Shown: positions 12,433 through 28,049 of the stretch, piece by piece | How positions within the stretch are numbered: position 1 is the first letter of the stretch | Layout of the letters: every line of letters starts with the position of its first letter | NCBI GenBank assembly: GCA_964016885.1 | Contig: OZ024751.1 | Span: forward strand, 16,430,001-16,494,000 | Source of the DNA: Eledone cirrhosa | Lineage: Eukaryota | Direction: 5' to 3' | Length of the DNA: 64,000 nucleotides | Made by a program: the position numbers and the translations under genes | Notes under the pieces: generated by a model | What the model was told of the DNA's origin: nothing | Databases searched by the model: none | Seen by the model: the letters and a program-made list of their open reading frames with translations, nothing else

Positions 12433-13946
12433 TGATCCAGACAAGGTTATTCACTTGGGGCAGGATATATCGATAAAATCAACAGCCATGTTTCACTCCT
12501 TTCTTTATACTATCGAGACGAAAACGATCAAAGATTAAGTTGACCTGGCGAGATGTAAACTAATTATGCAAGAAACCGGAAGGAATACCACATAGTATAT
12601 TGTCCGACGCTCTAACGATTATAATACCAAAGTGGAAGACAAAGAACCTGAGGAAATATAAGTATACCATGATCGAATGCAGGTATGTCAAACTGAAGGT
12701 CCTCCGATGGCTAAATGGGTCACGTATGTGTTTTCTGAGGGTCACACGCGCATCTAATTGCGCACATACAACGAAATATTTTTTATTTTATATTACGAAG
12801 ATAAAACATGCTTGCCCTGTAAAAACCTTTGTGCGGGCCGCAGGTGTGCTTATAAAGGGCCGCATGTTCCACATGCCTCATTTAGTGTACGAGCTCAAAT
12901 CCCGCTGAGTTAAACTTTACCTTTTATCACCTTGACACGTCTATAAATAAAATGCCAGTCTAGTACCGGGGTCGATTCTTCCATAATTGAGTGATGTATG
13001 TGAGAGAGATTGGTTAGGTAACGGAGTGACGCGCTCCCTTTTTATCACACTTCTTTGGAAGAAATATGCCGTGAATTCTTTAGATGAAATTGGCAGTATT
13101 CAGATTTGGAAAGGAAATGTGGTCCAACAAGCTTTAAAAGAAGCCTAAGATATGCCGCATCTCACTAGAGCGTCCGCACAGGTTCATACATACACAATAC
13201 GAAATATAGAGAATCTGCAATAGCTATGATAAAACTGTTACCATCCTAATTGTAATATGTGCCTTAGGTAAAGTGACAAGAAGTGAAAATGGTTAGCTGA
13301 AGATTTTGGATATAGAACTAAAGAAATAGCCTATATAAAAAGGTTGTTTGCTTGGCCAAAGATGATCCATAGAAATGTGCTTTGTACCAAAGACTACAGG
13401 AGATAACGTGGTATTTATCAATCCAAATACCCACAGGTTAACAAAGAAATGTTGAGTGAAAACAGACATGATAGCGGTTCCTAATTTAAGCAAAAGGCCA
13501 GCAATTAAGGGTGAGGAGTCAATTATATCGACCTTAGTACTTGACTGGTATTTTATCTTATCGAATTCGGAAAGGTAAATGGTAAAGTTGACTTTGGCAG
13601 AGTCTGGACTAGAAAATGAAGAGGCGTCACTAAATAACCATGAAGGATTTTGTCAGACGCTGAAACTGTTCTGAAGAAAAAAAGAGGGTGGGGCAGGTAT
13701 GAAGGAACCCAGTAGTCGAAAGAATCGTAACGTTTCGACAGAAAATTGAAATAATATAGAAACTAATGATGAAGGGTAGTTACAGAGAAAGCGGAATAGC
13801 TTATTCAGTTTTACCGAAAATATTCTCATCATCTCTGCATCAGTAAACAATTTTCAATTTCTGTTCGGGAAAGAGAATAATACTTTGCGCATTCCTACAT
13901 ATATTCAATGACGCGCGCGCGCGCGCACACTCATACATATGGTAAT

Positions 13947-13986
<40 letters not shown>

Positions 13987-14175
13987 GGAGAGAGATAGAA
14001 ATATATATATAGATATATGCATATATATATACATTTATTTATGCATATATATAGCTATACATACATATATGTATATATGTAAATATATGTTTGTATATAT
14101 ATATGTATATATATGTATGTATATATTTATATATGTGTATATGTATATGTAAATATGTGTATGTAAGTATATGTA

Positions 14176-14226
<51 letters not shown>

Positions 14227-14367
14227 TACACATATGCATATGTGTCATCAAAGCAATGAAGCAATCATGCCTTACATTCAACAGTCTGCTTGGAACCTCA
14301 CTATTTGTTTACGACATTCCTTTATGTACACACACACATACACCGCACACACGCGCACGCACACACT

Positions 14368-14404
<37 letters not shown>

Positions 14405-14592
14405 GCACATATATATACAGTATATATATATATACATTTATCTGTTGTACATATTTCTGAGGGAATTTCTAATTTAGCAGGATTGCTTATCTGAACGGAA
14501 CTGTGTGTGAAGCAATCACCCACAGCTTTATTATTAAATCTAAGGATCCATGTCTACACTTCCAATCTATACAGTGAAACCTACTTACCTAC

Positions 14593-14632
<40 letters not shown>

Positions 14633-14843
14633 GTATACATAAACACATAGATAAAAACACACATACACACTCACACACAGACACAAGCACACACACACAT
14701 ACATATATATAAATATATATATATATATACATACACACATAGATACAAACGCACAAACACACTCACACACACGCACATATATATAAATATATATATGTAT
14801 ATACATACACACATAGATGCAAACGCGCACACACACACACAAG

Positions 14844-14891
<48 letters not shown>

Positions 14892-14939
14892 CACATAGAT
14901 ACAAATATATATACATACCTACAAGCATTCATACATACA

Positions 14940-16251
<1,312 letters not shown>

Positions 16252-16404
16252 TTACGATAAACATGTCAATCTCAGTGAAGGAGTAATTGAAACTATATTT
16301 GTTTCTATACATCTGAATATCCATATGCGCGCGCAGTCACACACTCTCGTTCTTACACACATATACTTACATATACACACGCACACACGCATATATACAT
16401 ATAT

Positions 16405-16567
16405 GCCAGCAATACCCAGTGCATTACTGGTACTTTATTTTATCGACCCTGTAAGGATGAAAGGCAAAGTCAACCGCGGCGGCATTTGAACTCAGATTGT
16501 AAAGGGACGTAACTATGCTGGAAAGCATGGCGTCCGAACCTCTACCAACACTAAAAATCCACCGCCG
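16405..16567 (-). mobile_element. Family-A SINE
   Basis: Same central domain and B-box as other copies. Confidence 0.85.
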
Positions 16568-16749
16568 CTCATATTCTATCATATACTACATAATGCTACA
16601 TGTAATATTGTTAATGTATTAATATAGAATTACAATTTCCCTGCATCAAACCAATGGCGTTGATTGTTGCCACCCGCATAGAACTGGTACACAAATTATT
16701 GCACACCCACAGAGGTGCTCATTTCTGGATTGGAAAACCATTACACAAG

Positions 16750-16795
<46 letters not shown>

Positions 16796-16797
<2 letters not shown>

Positions 16798-16866
16798 ACG
16801 TACATGGGAGTCGAACCCACATATTTGGTTATCGCAACCACTGTGCTACCATTACACTAACACATC
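16796..16866 (-). pseudogene. tRNA-like sequence (inverted partner of 17376-17446)
   Basis: Reverse complement folds as cloverleaf; A-box TAGTGTAATGG, B-box GGTTCGACTCC. Confidence 0.55.
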
Positions 16867-16868
16867 AC

Positions 16869-16928
<60 letters not shown>

Positions 16929-16933
<5 letters not shown>

Positions 16934-17125
16934 AACCAGTAAGACCCCGACAGCTGAGCTCAAGCCGTTTCGACGGCTAATTCTGGACAGTCCAGAATTA
17001 GCCGTCGAAACGGCTTGAGCTCAGCTGTCGGGGTCTTACTGGTTCCTATTACCCACTCTACTACCTCAAGTATTGAGTACTTTGGTGCGTTATGGTCCAC
17101 CTGGTTCCTTACCACATTTCCTTCG

Positions 17126-17127
<2 letters not shown>
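16929..17127. mobile_element. Short fold-back element (family P2): perfect palindrome 16929-17049 centred on 16989 plus unique extension
   Basis: ..CTGGAC-A-GTCCAG..; relatives at 1015-1072, 19979-20058, 25601-25737, 40122-40168, 50806-50918, all abutting (TA)n or (CA)n. Confidence 0.85.
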
Positions 17128-17168
<41 letters not shown>

Positions 17169-17283
17169 TAAAAAAATAATGAATAAAACAATGAAACAGT
17201 TCCTTATATTAAACAAAAAAAGTTCATTATTTAACGATCGTTTCTAGGATATATATGTGTTAGAATTGGCATGCATATTCAAC

Positions 17284-17373
<90 letters not shown>

Positions 17374-17375
17374 GT

Positions 17376-17446
17376 GATGTGTTAGTGTAATTGTAGCACA
17401 GTGGTTGCGATAACCAAATATGTGGGTTCGACTCCCATGTACGTCA
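17376..17446 (+). pseudogene. tRNA-like sequence or SINE head; identity undetermined
   Basis: Acceptor GATGTGT/GTACGTC-A, D-arm GTGT/GCAC, T-arm GTGGG-TTCGACT-CCCAT; anticodon loop non-canonical. Confidence 0.55.
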
Positions 17447-17580
17447 ATACTCATCTTTTTCCATTTATCTGAGTATTCTAAACCCCATTATCAGGCTAAA
17501 ATGTCTTTAGTCAAAAATACGGTGAAGGCTCTTCTATTTTCTAATTTCAAACCTGCTCACTCTTTCAAAACATACTTACT

Positions 17581-17624
<44 letters not shown>

Positions 17625-17648
17625 GCATCTCTCTGATATATATATATT

Positions 17649-17688
<40 letters not shown>

Positions 17689-17886
17689 AGAGATGCTTAT
17701 ATATTTAGTACTTATGTAATGGTTTTCCAATTCAGAAATGACCACCTCCGCAGGTGAGCAATAATTTGTGTAGCAGTGCTATGCGGGAGCCAATCAACGC
17801 CATTGATTTGATGCAGGGAAATTGTAATTCTATATTAATACATTAACAATATTACATGTAGCATCATGTAGTATATGATAACACAA

Positions 17887-18649
<763 letters not shown>

Positions 18650-19034
18650 TCCAGGGTTCAATCGGAGGTAACCACAGTAAGCATAGAGTGTATTGCAAAA
18701 TACACTATATATACATTCATATATATATAGCTATTTCAGAGCACCAATTCTAATTTTTAATTTCTACTTGACCGGCAACCGCTCTGTATAATCAGTTCCT
18801 GATTATTTACTAGAATTCTATAAGAACCAAACATCCATGATTTCAGCGGACAGGAGGAGTAGTTGGCTTTCATAAGCATCAATACATGCAGAAACAAGGC
18901 CTTGTCAGCTTTATCTCCCCCCGTTTGCTGAAATTAAAGTAAGTGAGTCTGTCACTGCTCTAAAACAATAGCATAAGGTCTTCGAAATGCTTTTAATTAA
19001 GCATACAGTGTATTGCAAAATACACTATATATAC

Positions 19035-19068
<34 letters not shown>

Positions 19069-19077
19069 GTATATATA

Positions 19078-19213
19078 TAGGCCTAGTAACATTCCCTAGA
19101 TCCATAGCCGAGTTCTCTCCAGCGGTCTCTGTCCTTCATCATTGCCGCCTTTCCTGCGACTTCCAGTGTCTGTGCTTAGGGCATCAGTGTATATCAACCC
19201 CAGTCTCCTTCTT
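19078..19213 (-). mobile_element. RTE-like LINE 3' fragment (homologue at 27482-27653 +)
   Basis: 27482+ translates WEPLHGHTRRGRPRLTYADALRTDT...MRDRDRWRELV, a typical RTE-group C-terminus. Confidence 0.65.
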
Positions 19214-19631
19214 CTACTGTATTTTGTATGTGCTGGAATATATTATTTTCTGATCTATTTTTCGTTTGTCTTATTTTTTTTAGACAATCAACTAATTACA
19301 GAATATAAAAGATATTTCACTCAGAACTTTCTAGAATAATTTATATATAACATGCGCTACTCGACCTCACATTATTCAATAGAACCTACATACAAACATG
19401 ATACACTTTATTTTTATATATATTATGACTTCTACTTCTTCATTTGGTTTCTGAACATACAGTTAAGCTCAAGTCCCCACGTACACAAATTCATATATCT
19501 ATTATATATATATAGTCTATTATAAATTCATATAGTCACATATTAGATTACGATTCATGAAATATGCACATACATCTTAAACATAAAGACAAGCACATAT
19601 TTAAACATACACACCACACACACACACACAC

Positions 19632-19695
<64 letters not shown>

Positions 19696-19750
19696 ATATT
19701 GCTATATTTGGGGAGGGCCATATTGTTGTAACATTGTCAGAAATAATAAT

Positions 19751-19933
19751 TGTTTTTACTTTTGGCACAAGGCCAGCAATTATCGCAGTGTATTACTGGT
19801 ACTTTATTTTATCGACCCCGTAAGGATGAAAGGCAAAGTTAACCTCGGCGGGATTTGAACTCAGATCATAAAGGGCCGTAACTCTTTGCTGCAAAGCATG
19901 GCGTCTGACCCTCTACCGATATTGCCAATCCAC
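19751..19933 (-). mobile_element. Family-A SINE with 19-bp target-site duplication
   Basis: CATTGTCAGAAATAATAAT at 19732-19750 and 19934-19952. Confidence 0.9.
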
Positions 19934-20054
19934 CATTGTCAGAAATAATAATACAACACACACACACACACATATTTTTCCTATTACCCACTCTACTACC
20001 CTAAGTATTGAGTATTCTGGTGCGTGATGGTCCATCTGGTTCCTTACCACATTT

Positions 20055-20127
<73 letters not shown>

Positions 20128-20292
20128 TAGATAGACATAGATAGACATAGGTAGACAGATAGATAGATATATCCAGCGAGTTTAACGCGGAGTTGCTGTA
20201 GATTCACCCGCGTGAGCACTTGATGTTTAGGTTCACTTCTGTATCGAGGTGTAGAGCTAGACAGAGTGTAGTATATAAATATATATATAGTT

Positions 20293-20414
20293 TATCAAAG
20301 TTCTTTTATCACAGACCTGTGACTTCATCAGTGATACTAATATCTACATACACATACATATACATATTAGTACCACTGACGAAGTCATAGGTCTGTGATG
20401 AAAGAACTTTGATA
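20293..20414. ncRNA. Inverted pair of P1-related hammerhead motifs (partly decayed)
   Basis: Minus: AUCA-CUGAUGA-A-GUCACA(gguc)UGUGAU-AAAA-GAAC-UU/UGAU; plus: CUGACGA-A-GUCAUA(gguc)UGUGAU-GAAA-GAAC-UU/UGAU. Confidence 0.6.
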
Positions 20415-20416
20415 GG

Positions 20417-20483
<67 letters not shown>

Positions 20484-20648
20484 ACGTTGGGTCAATCAAT
20501 GAAAAACATTGATTGTCAGCTAGATGAACTATAGAGACATAAAATATACGGAAGCGAAAACAAACCAACCAAAACCAAATAGTGAGTGTGTTGTATTATT
20601 ATTTCTGTCAATATTACAACAATATAGCCCTCTCCATATATATATATA

Positions 20649-20679
<31 letters not shown>

Positions 20680-21030
20680 AGATATAGATATAGATAGATA
20701 TATATAGATATAGATATAATGAAAGAATGAAGAGTAATATGGTTGGCTGTACAACAAGGGATTTTATTTCAGGTATTGACAATTGTTTCATTGATCAGGT
20801 GAGTCTAGAGGTCGCTAAACGCTCGAAGTTGCGTCACTCGATCCCCTTGTTGTTCAGTCAGCGATGTTACTCTTTATTCTTTCACTATTATTACTCCAAG
20901 TATAACCTACATAGGTATTACCCCGATCTCGCTACCTAACTATGGAAACATCTTGTTGAGTTAAACTATCCACGACGCAGAGTACTCACAGCCTCTAACT
21001 GGATTACCTATAACGATAACTTGTTACCCC

Positions 21031-21113
<83 letters not shown>

Positions 21114-22353
21114 CGTGTAGTGTGTAGATTTAGATATGTGCTTGTCTTTATGTTGAAGATGTATGTGCTTATTTTATGAATCGTAATCTAATATGTGACT
21201 ATATATATAGTAAATATAATGTATGTAGGTTCTATTCAATAATGTGAAGTCGAGTACCACATGTTATATATAAATAATTCTACAAAGTTCTGAGTGAATT
21301 ATCTTTTATATTCAGAAATTAGCTGAAAGTCTAAAAAGAAAAAAAGAAAAAAAAAGGACAAAAGAAAAATAGATAAGAAGATAATATATTCCAGCACATA
21401 CAAATTACAGTTCAGGTGCTTACATTTTCTCAATTCGTGTTGGCAATAGAGTAATTTTCAGAGGTTTCCCATATCGTCGTTTCTTCAATTTTCTGAATGC
21501 TAAAAACCGACAGTCAACATACTTACACAAGGAACAATTCAACAATTGTGTAAGAAATGCATTGAAAAGGGACTGACAGAAGGAAAAGTAATAATGATAG
21601 ATCTCGTGTTATATTTCTCACTATATTCAGTATAACAGATATAGCGTCTGAATATCAAGTTATAAAACAAATACACACTAGAGAAAAATTTACTGTTTGG
21701 TAGAGAGAAAGCAAATACAGAATATATTATCTAGTAGTATTATTCAGTTTCAAAAACGCCTCACTCAGCACGTCAGCAGTACACAATAAATAGATCCAAA
21801 CAATTCCTAAACAATACCAATACTGTATCTCGAAACAATCTGGAACAATAATAAAAAAAAAACAAAAAACCACAAGAATAACAACAACACAGAACTTCCA
21901 AACAAGAAATTGTGAAAAAGACGAACAATGCTTGCTCAAAAGTTGCGCGGTGAAAAAATTTTACGAGAACAAATTTATCGATTATGACATACGCGTGAAA
22001 TGTAGAGATGAAGAATTTAGAAACTAAGAATATACAATCCAATGGTATGCAATGGGCACTTAACTCCTGATAGTGTTAAGATATAGAGGGCGTATCGTAG
22101 GTGTTTTAAACTCTGGCCGAGTTCATCTCTCTAGAGGTCTGAACATAGTTCTTACCTCCCCCCTCTCTCCCCCTCCCCTCTCTCTCTCTCTCTCTCACTC
22201 ACTCTATATATATATAAGCAAAAGGGATATTCAATTTGTTGGTAATTCAACAAATATAAATATTTATAACTGATTCAGAGCACTCAACAGTTTTCTGGAG
22301 TATAATATTCAATGATGTTAAATAAATGGAAACTATGTTTATAAAACTATATT

Positions 22354-22414
22354 TATTCTATTATATATATTTCAAGGGTACCAAAACTTTGGTACGCTTT
22401 CATCAGATAAAATA
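22354..22414 (-). ncRNA. Type I hammerhead of Naiad-3'UTR type; second copy 27730-27794(-)
   Basis: UAUUUUAU-CUGAUGA-AAG.GUACCAA(aguu)UUGGUAC.CUU-GAAA-UAUAUA-UA/AUAGAAUA. Confidence 0.7.
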
Positions 22415-23458
22415 CGAAGTCTGTTTTATAAATTTTGACATAACCAAGAAAAGATACCTTAACGGTTCAAGTGTTTCTTGGATAGTGAAGGGAAAAGAGA
22501 AGAAAAGTCAGATATTTCAAATTATTAAGATGAGTAAGCAAATGATGTTGAGGTATAGGGCTGAAAAAAAGTTATTTTAGACGTTATGCAGAATTTAAAT
22601 AATTAAGATATATGTATGTATGAGTAGGAAGAAGAAAGAAAAAAGAAAGAAGAGCTTGTATTTACGTTAATTTAAAAGGAATTAACAATTTGCGGGAATG
22701 GTGGAATATGATTCCAGAATTTAAATTTATTTAGCTATATTATGAGTTATGTATATATTGTATATATAATCAGTTAGATTATATGAAGAATTATGGTTGC
22801 AAGTAGATTTTATCTTATTACATTACAATAGGTTGTAAGTATATAAATATCTATATAGATTAATAATTGTGCATGTAAAAGTATTATAGAAATAGACATA
22901 ATTTACAATTATTAGTTGTTTACATTTCTATTATGAGTTACGAAGGAACTCCCTCGACCTATGCTTAACCGCACCTATTCCGCGCGCACGCGCGCTACAA
23001 GATATCTCAGTTATTCACAATCAGCGGATAACAGAGGCCACGTACCGTTCCTCTCCGACAGATAACTTCGGAAAACCCCCCCAGTTGATGGATGCGAAAT
23101 CCGAAATATAGGGACAATTAAATCTCTCCCAAGGTAACTCCATCTCGTGTTATTATTTTTATTTTTACGCTCTTTCCTACGTTCCTCTACACACTATACA
23201 TCTCATCTTACATCTCTCTCTTCACCACCGGATTCTGTTACCCGGAGATTTACCCATCTGCATTGTTGAGGCTTCCAAAACGTCAAAAAGAAAAGAAAAA
23301 AATGATATATATATATATATAATAATAATAAGATTATTTATAGTTATATATACATTGTATACAACTATAAACAGGAAAGGTCAGTAATTTATTACTACCT
23401 TATTACCCGTAAGAAAAATAGCTCAATGTAAATACATCACATGTTTTACAGAGAAGGA

Positions 23459-23990
23459 ATATAAATTACACAATAATCAAAACTATGTTCAAATCATTTT
23501 ATTGCTGACAATGACAATCGTTTCTTCCAAACTTTCGTTTGGTGTCCTCGGAGCACTAGCAAAGTTTGGACATATAATTAACTTCCTATTCAACTGAACA
23601 ATCATATAGATACATGGATATTAATGTTGTCATCAACAGTTTCGTATTTACAGAGTGGAATGGATGTGACAGAGATTACAAGATAATTGTATAATAATTA
23701 AAGAGGAACAGAGTGGAATGCATGTGACAGAGATTGCAAAAGAATAGTATAATAATTAAAGCAGTATAGAGACTGCAAATGCGTTAGGCATATACAGGAC
23801 ACATGCGTTAGGCATATACTGTCCTGTATATGCATAGCGCATTTGCACTCTCTATATATGATTGTTAAGTTGAATAGGAAGTTACTTATATGTCCAAATT
23901 TGCTAGTGCTCCGACGATCCCAAACGAAAGTTTGGAAGAAACGATTGTCAGCAATAAAATGATTTAAAACATAGTTTTGATTATTGCGTA

Positions 23991-23998
<8 letters not shown>
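23459..23998. mobile_element. Fold-back element (family P4), arms ~23459-23610/23854-23998, each with a hammerhead (23503-23555 -, 23907-23953 +)
   Basis: UGCU-CCGACGA-UCCCAAAC(gaaa)GUUUGGAA-GAAA-CG(au)UG-UC/AGCA. Confidence 0.7.
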
Positions 23999-24025
<27 letters not shown>

Positions 24026-24100
24026 TAAATTACGCAATAATCAAAACTATATGTGTGTGTCTGTGTGTGTATATATATATATAGAGAGAGAGAGAGCAGA

Positions 24101-24141
<41 letters not shown>

Positions 24142-24302
24142 AGAACTTAACATAGAGTAACAAGTGCTGTCAGTTCTATACGTACTTTAACCCTTTGTAA
24201 ACGTAACAGTTAATATCAAAGGAGGTATTTAGTTATCTCTATATCTATTCAACGTTATGCATGAGTTCATGTGTGTGAGCACACATGCTTGTATATATGG
24301 AC

Positions 24303-24562
<260 letters not shown>

Positions 24563-24848
24563 ATATATATATACAAATCTATATGTGTCTACCTACATAC
24601 AGACAGAGCCATGTATATTTGCAAGAGATATCAACATGTATGGACGTGTTATTTTTATCTAAAGACATTTTTTTCTGATTCCAACCCGCGCGTCCCCTCA
24701 ATCTATCTATTTTCTCATTCTTTCTCAGATGAAGAACCACCGTCCGAAACGTTAAGATCCTCTTCCTGGTATATCAAGCGTTAACCTAATATATCCCTTC
24801 CATATACTGTACCGATTGTGTTATTTCTGTTTACCTTTTACACACGCG

Positions 24849-24962
<114 letters not shown>

Positions 24963-24992
24963 AATATATTTGTAGATCTATATATATATATA

Positions 24993-25045
<53 letters not shown>

Positions 25046-25062
25046 AGATCTATATATATATA

Positions 25063-25128
<66 letters not shown>

Positions 25129-25569
25129 TATATTTATTAAAATAACAGATTAAAGTTTAAACAAAGAATCGGTGCTTTCACCCTTAACGGGATCTTCTGA
25201 AACTAACAAAGTCAATCTGTAAACGCAGAACTGGATATTTAAAAAAACGTTGCAACCGGAGGAAGACAGGAAAACGATATTTTGGTTCGTGGAAACGTTC
25301 GCTGGCTAAGATATATATATATATATATATATACATACCTGTATGTATGTATATATATATATATATACAACTCAACACCCTTACCAACTGATCGATACAT
25401 ACACTCAAACTTGCACACACGTACACACACGCGCCCACACACCCACACACATATATGTAGATAGAGTGTGAGAGGTCGTTATGTCTACCACATCGCTGAT
25501 CTCGAGCCAATCATCTGTGAAACATATGCCACACTTGATATTTAATAAATATAGTTTATAATGAAACTC

Positions 25570-25603
<34 letters not shown>

Positions 25604-25733
25604 AAAATGTATGATCCCGACGGCAGAGCTCAATTCATTTCGACGGCTATTTCTGGCCTCTAGAGATAGCCGTTGAAACGGCTTCAGCTCTGCCGTCCAG
25701 TTCAAACATTTTCCTATTACCTACTCTACTACC

Positions 25734-25785
<52 letters not shown>

Positions 25786-25950
25786 TTTTAATATAGATGA
25801 GATTCTACAGGACTATACGTACATACATATATGTATACAGACGTACAGTAGTATGTATATATATACATACATGCACATATATATATATGCACGTATCGGT
25901 TTACCGAATATTTATTATAATGCTCGGTTTGTTTGTTGTAAACAAAAAGG

Positions 25951-26083
25951 TGTTTGTAAATTATAAGGTGTTTGAACAAAAAGGTGACGTGGTTGCCTAA
26001 ACACTGTACGGCGTAATTCGGGCTGTTTGTTTGTTTAGGCAACCACGTCACCTTTTTGTTCAAACACCTTTTTATTTACAAAT
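25951..26083. repeat. Hairpin with ~50-bp arms (25951-26003/26032-26083) in a repeat family also seen at 38560-38900 and 41510-41700
   Basis: AAGGTGTTTGAACAAAAAGGTGACGTGGTTGCCTAAACA and its reverse complement. Confidence 0.85.
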
Positions 26084-26523
26084 AAAAATAAAAAGTTTCG
26101 TAAAAAATTCCTTTTTTTTTCCTTTGAAGGAATTTTTTAGGAAACTTTTTATTTTTATTTTTTTATTTTTTTATTCTCTTAATCTCTTCTGGTTTGTTAG
26201 GTTTATTGGGGCTTATAAGTTTAAGCGCTTATTGAGGGGTTTTTTAAGGTGTTTTTACGAGATCCCATGTCTTTTACTTTTAATGCGTAACTTATAAATT
26301 CTTTAATTTTTAACCTTCAATCCCTAACTCTTAGGCCCTTTTCAAATTCTCTTAACTCCCTATAACCCGTCCCTTTTACAACTCTTACAACTAATATAAA
26401 AGAACCCCCTTAGAATATAGACCCCAAATATACAAGCGGAGACGTTGATGTATACCACGATTTCAAACTGCTAATCTTGAGTGAACGTTGATGTAAATAA
26501 TGAACTTACAATCACCTGTTATA

Positions 26524-26570
26524 TGCCTTGAAAAGTCCCACCATATGGTCGGACGAAACGGCTGTCGGCA
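26524..26570 (+). ncRNA. Type I hammerhead with compensatory U3:A8 core, GUC site (predicted cut after 26566)
   Basis: UGCC-UUGAAAA-GUCC.ACC(auau)GGU.GGAC-GAAA-CG(gc)UG-UC/GGCA. Confidence 0.75.
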
Positions 26571-26700
26571 ATAAAGTTGTTATAATGTCATAATAGTTCC
26601 TTTGTTCTTTTTCATTAATAGAGCTTAACTAGCTACCGTCGCATATTTGGTAGGTCAGGCGTGATCATCGCGATTTACGTACGACCTACCATACATCTTG

Positions 26701-26750
<50 letters not shown>

Positions 26751-26816
26751 CACACATACATTTATATACATACATATATATATATATATATATGTATACA
26801 CATATATATACATACA

Positions 26817-26857
<41 letters not shown>

Positions 26858-26911
26858 ACATACACATATATATACATACATATATATATATACATACACA
26901 TATATATACAT

Positions 26912-27005
<94 letters not shown>

Positions 27006-27008
<3 letters not shown>

Positions 27009-27466
27009 AAAAACACGCACCAGTTGCTCTCACTTCAATTTATTATAATACATTTATAAATTTAGGAATTTATAAATTTCCGGTTGGTTGGTTGGTTCCA
27101 CAACCAGATGGTTGTTTATATATTGTCAAAGTTCTTTCGTCACACATTCTGTGACCTCTACAGTGACTGGGGATTCAATTCTTTGTTTTTTGTGCCTCTC
27201 CTTTGTTCTGTCCTACGCCATCTTGTTATTTCTTTTTTCTTTTTCAAGAAACAACCATATAAACAACCATCTGGTTGTGGAACCAACCAACCAACCGGAA
27301 ATTCATAAATTCCTAAATTTATAAATTTATTATAATAAATTGAAGTGAAACCAACTGGTGCCTGTGTTTCTTATTGGCAACATGACCCTCCCAAAGTATA
27401 ACAATATCGGTTTCAACACACGTTTTCAGATAAAGAATCTTGCTAAACAAATTCATCAGAAACGAA
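27006..27466. mobile_element. Family P1 fold-back copy (arms ~27006-27121/27257-27372); hammerhead 27125-27167(-) with mutated core CUGUAGA
   Basis: Homology to 5099-5671; (TA)n on both sides. Confidence 0.85.
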
Positions 27467-27652
27467 ATATATATATATATATTTGGGAGCCCCTACATGG
27501 ACACACTAGAAGAGGAAGACCAAGGTTAACATATGCTGATGCCCTAAGGACAGACACTTGTCTGTTGGAGATGCAGGATATGGCAGCGATAATGAGGGAC
27601 AGAGACCGCTGGAGAGAACTCGTGCATGGATCTCGGGAATTTTACCCGCCTT

Positions 27653-27687
<35 letters not shown>

Positions 27688-27973
27688 ATGATATTAAATA
27701 AATGGAAACTATATTTATAAAAGTATATTTATTTTATTATATATATTTCAAGGGCAACCAAGACACCATTGGTGCGCTTTCATCAGATAAAATACACAGA
27801 TTGTTTTATAAATAAAGACGTACCCATGAAAATCATACCTTATCGGTTGGAAATTCACTTCAGTAACTTGTTGAGTGCTCTAAATCAGTTATAAACATTT
27901 ATGTCTGTCGGACTTCCAACAAATTAAATACAACTACTACACACACACACACACACACATATATATCTATCTA

Positions 27974-28049
<76 letters not shown>

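Noticed and set aside
11633-12538. 301-aa poly-V/poly-L ORF and antisense poly-S/T ORF
   Set aside because: Pure trinucleotide repeat
12815-12885. GGGCCGC-rich end resembling a hAT MITE
   Set aside because: No matching terminal inverted repeat or TSD found
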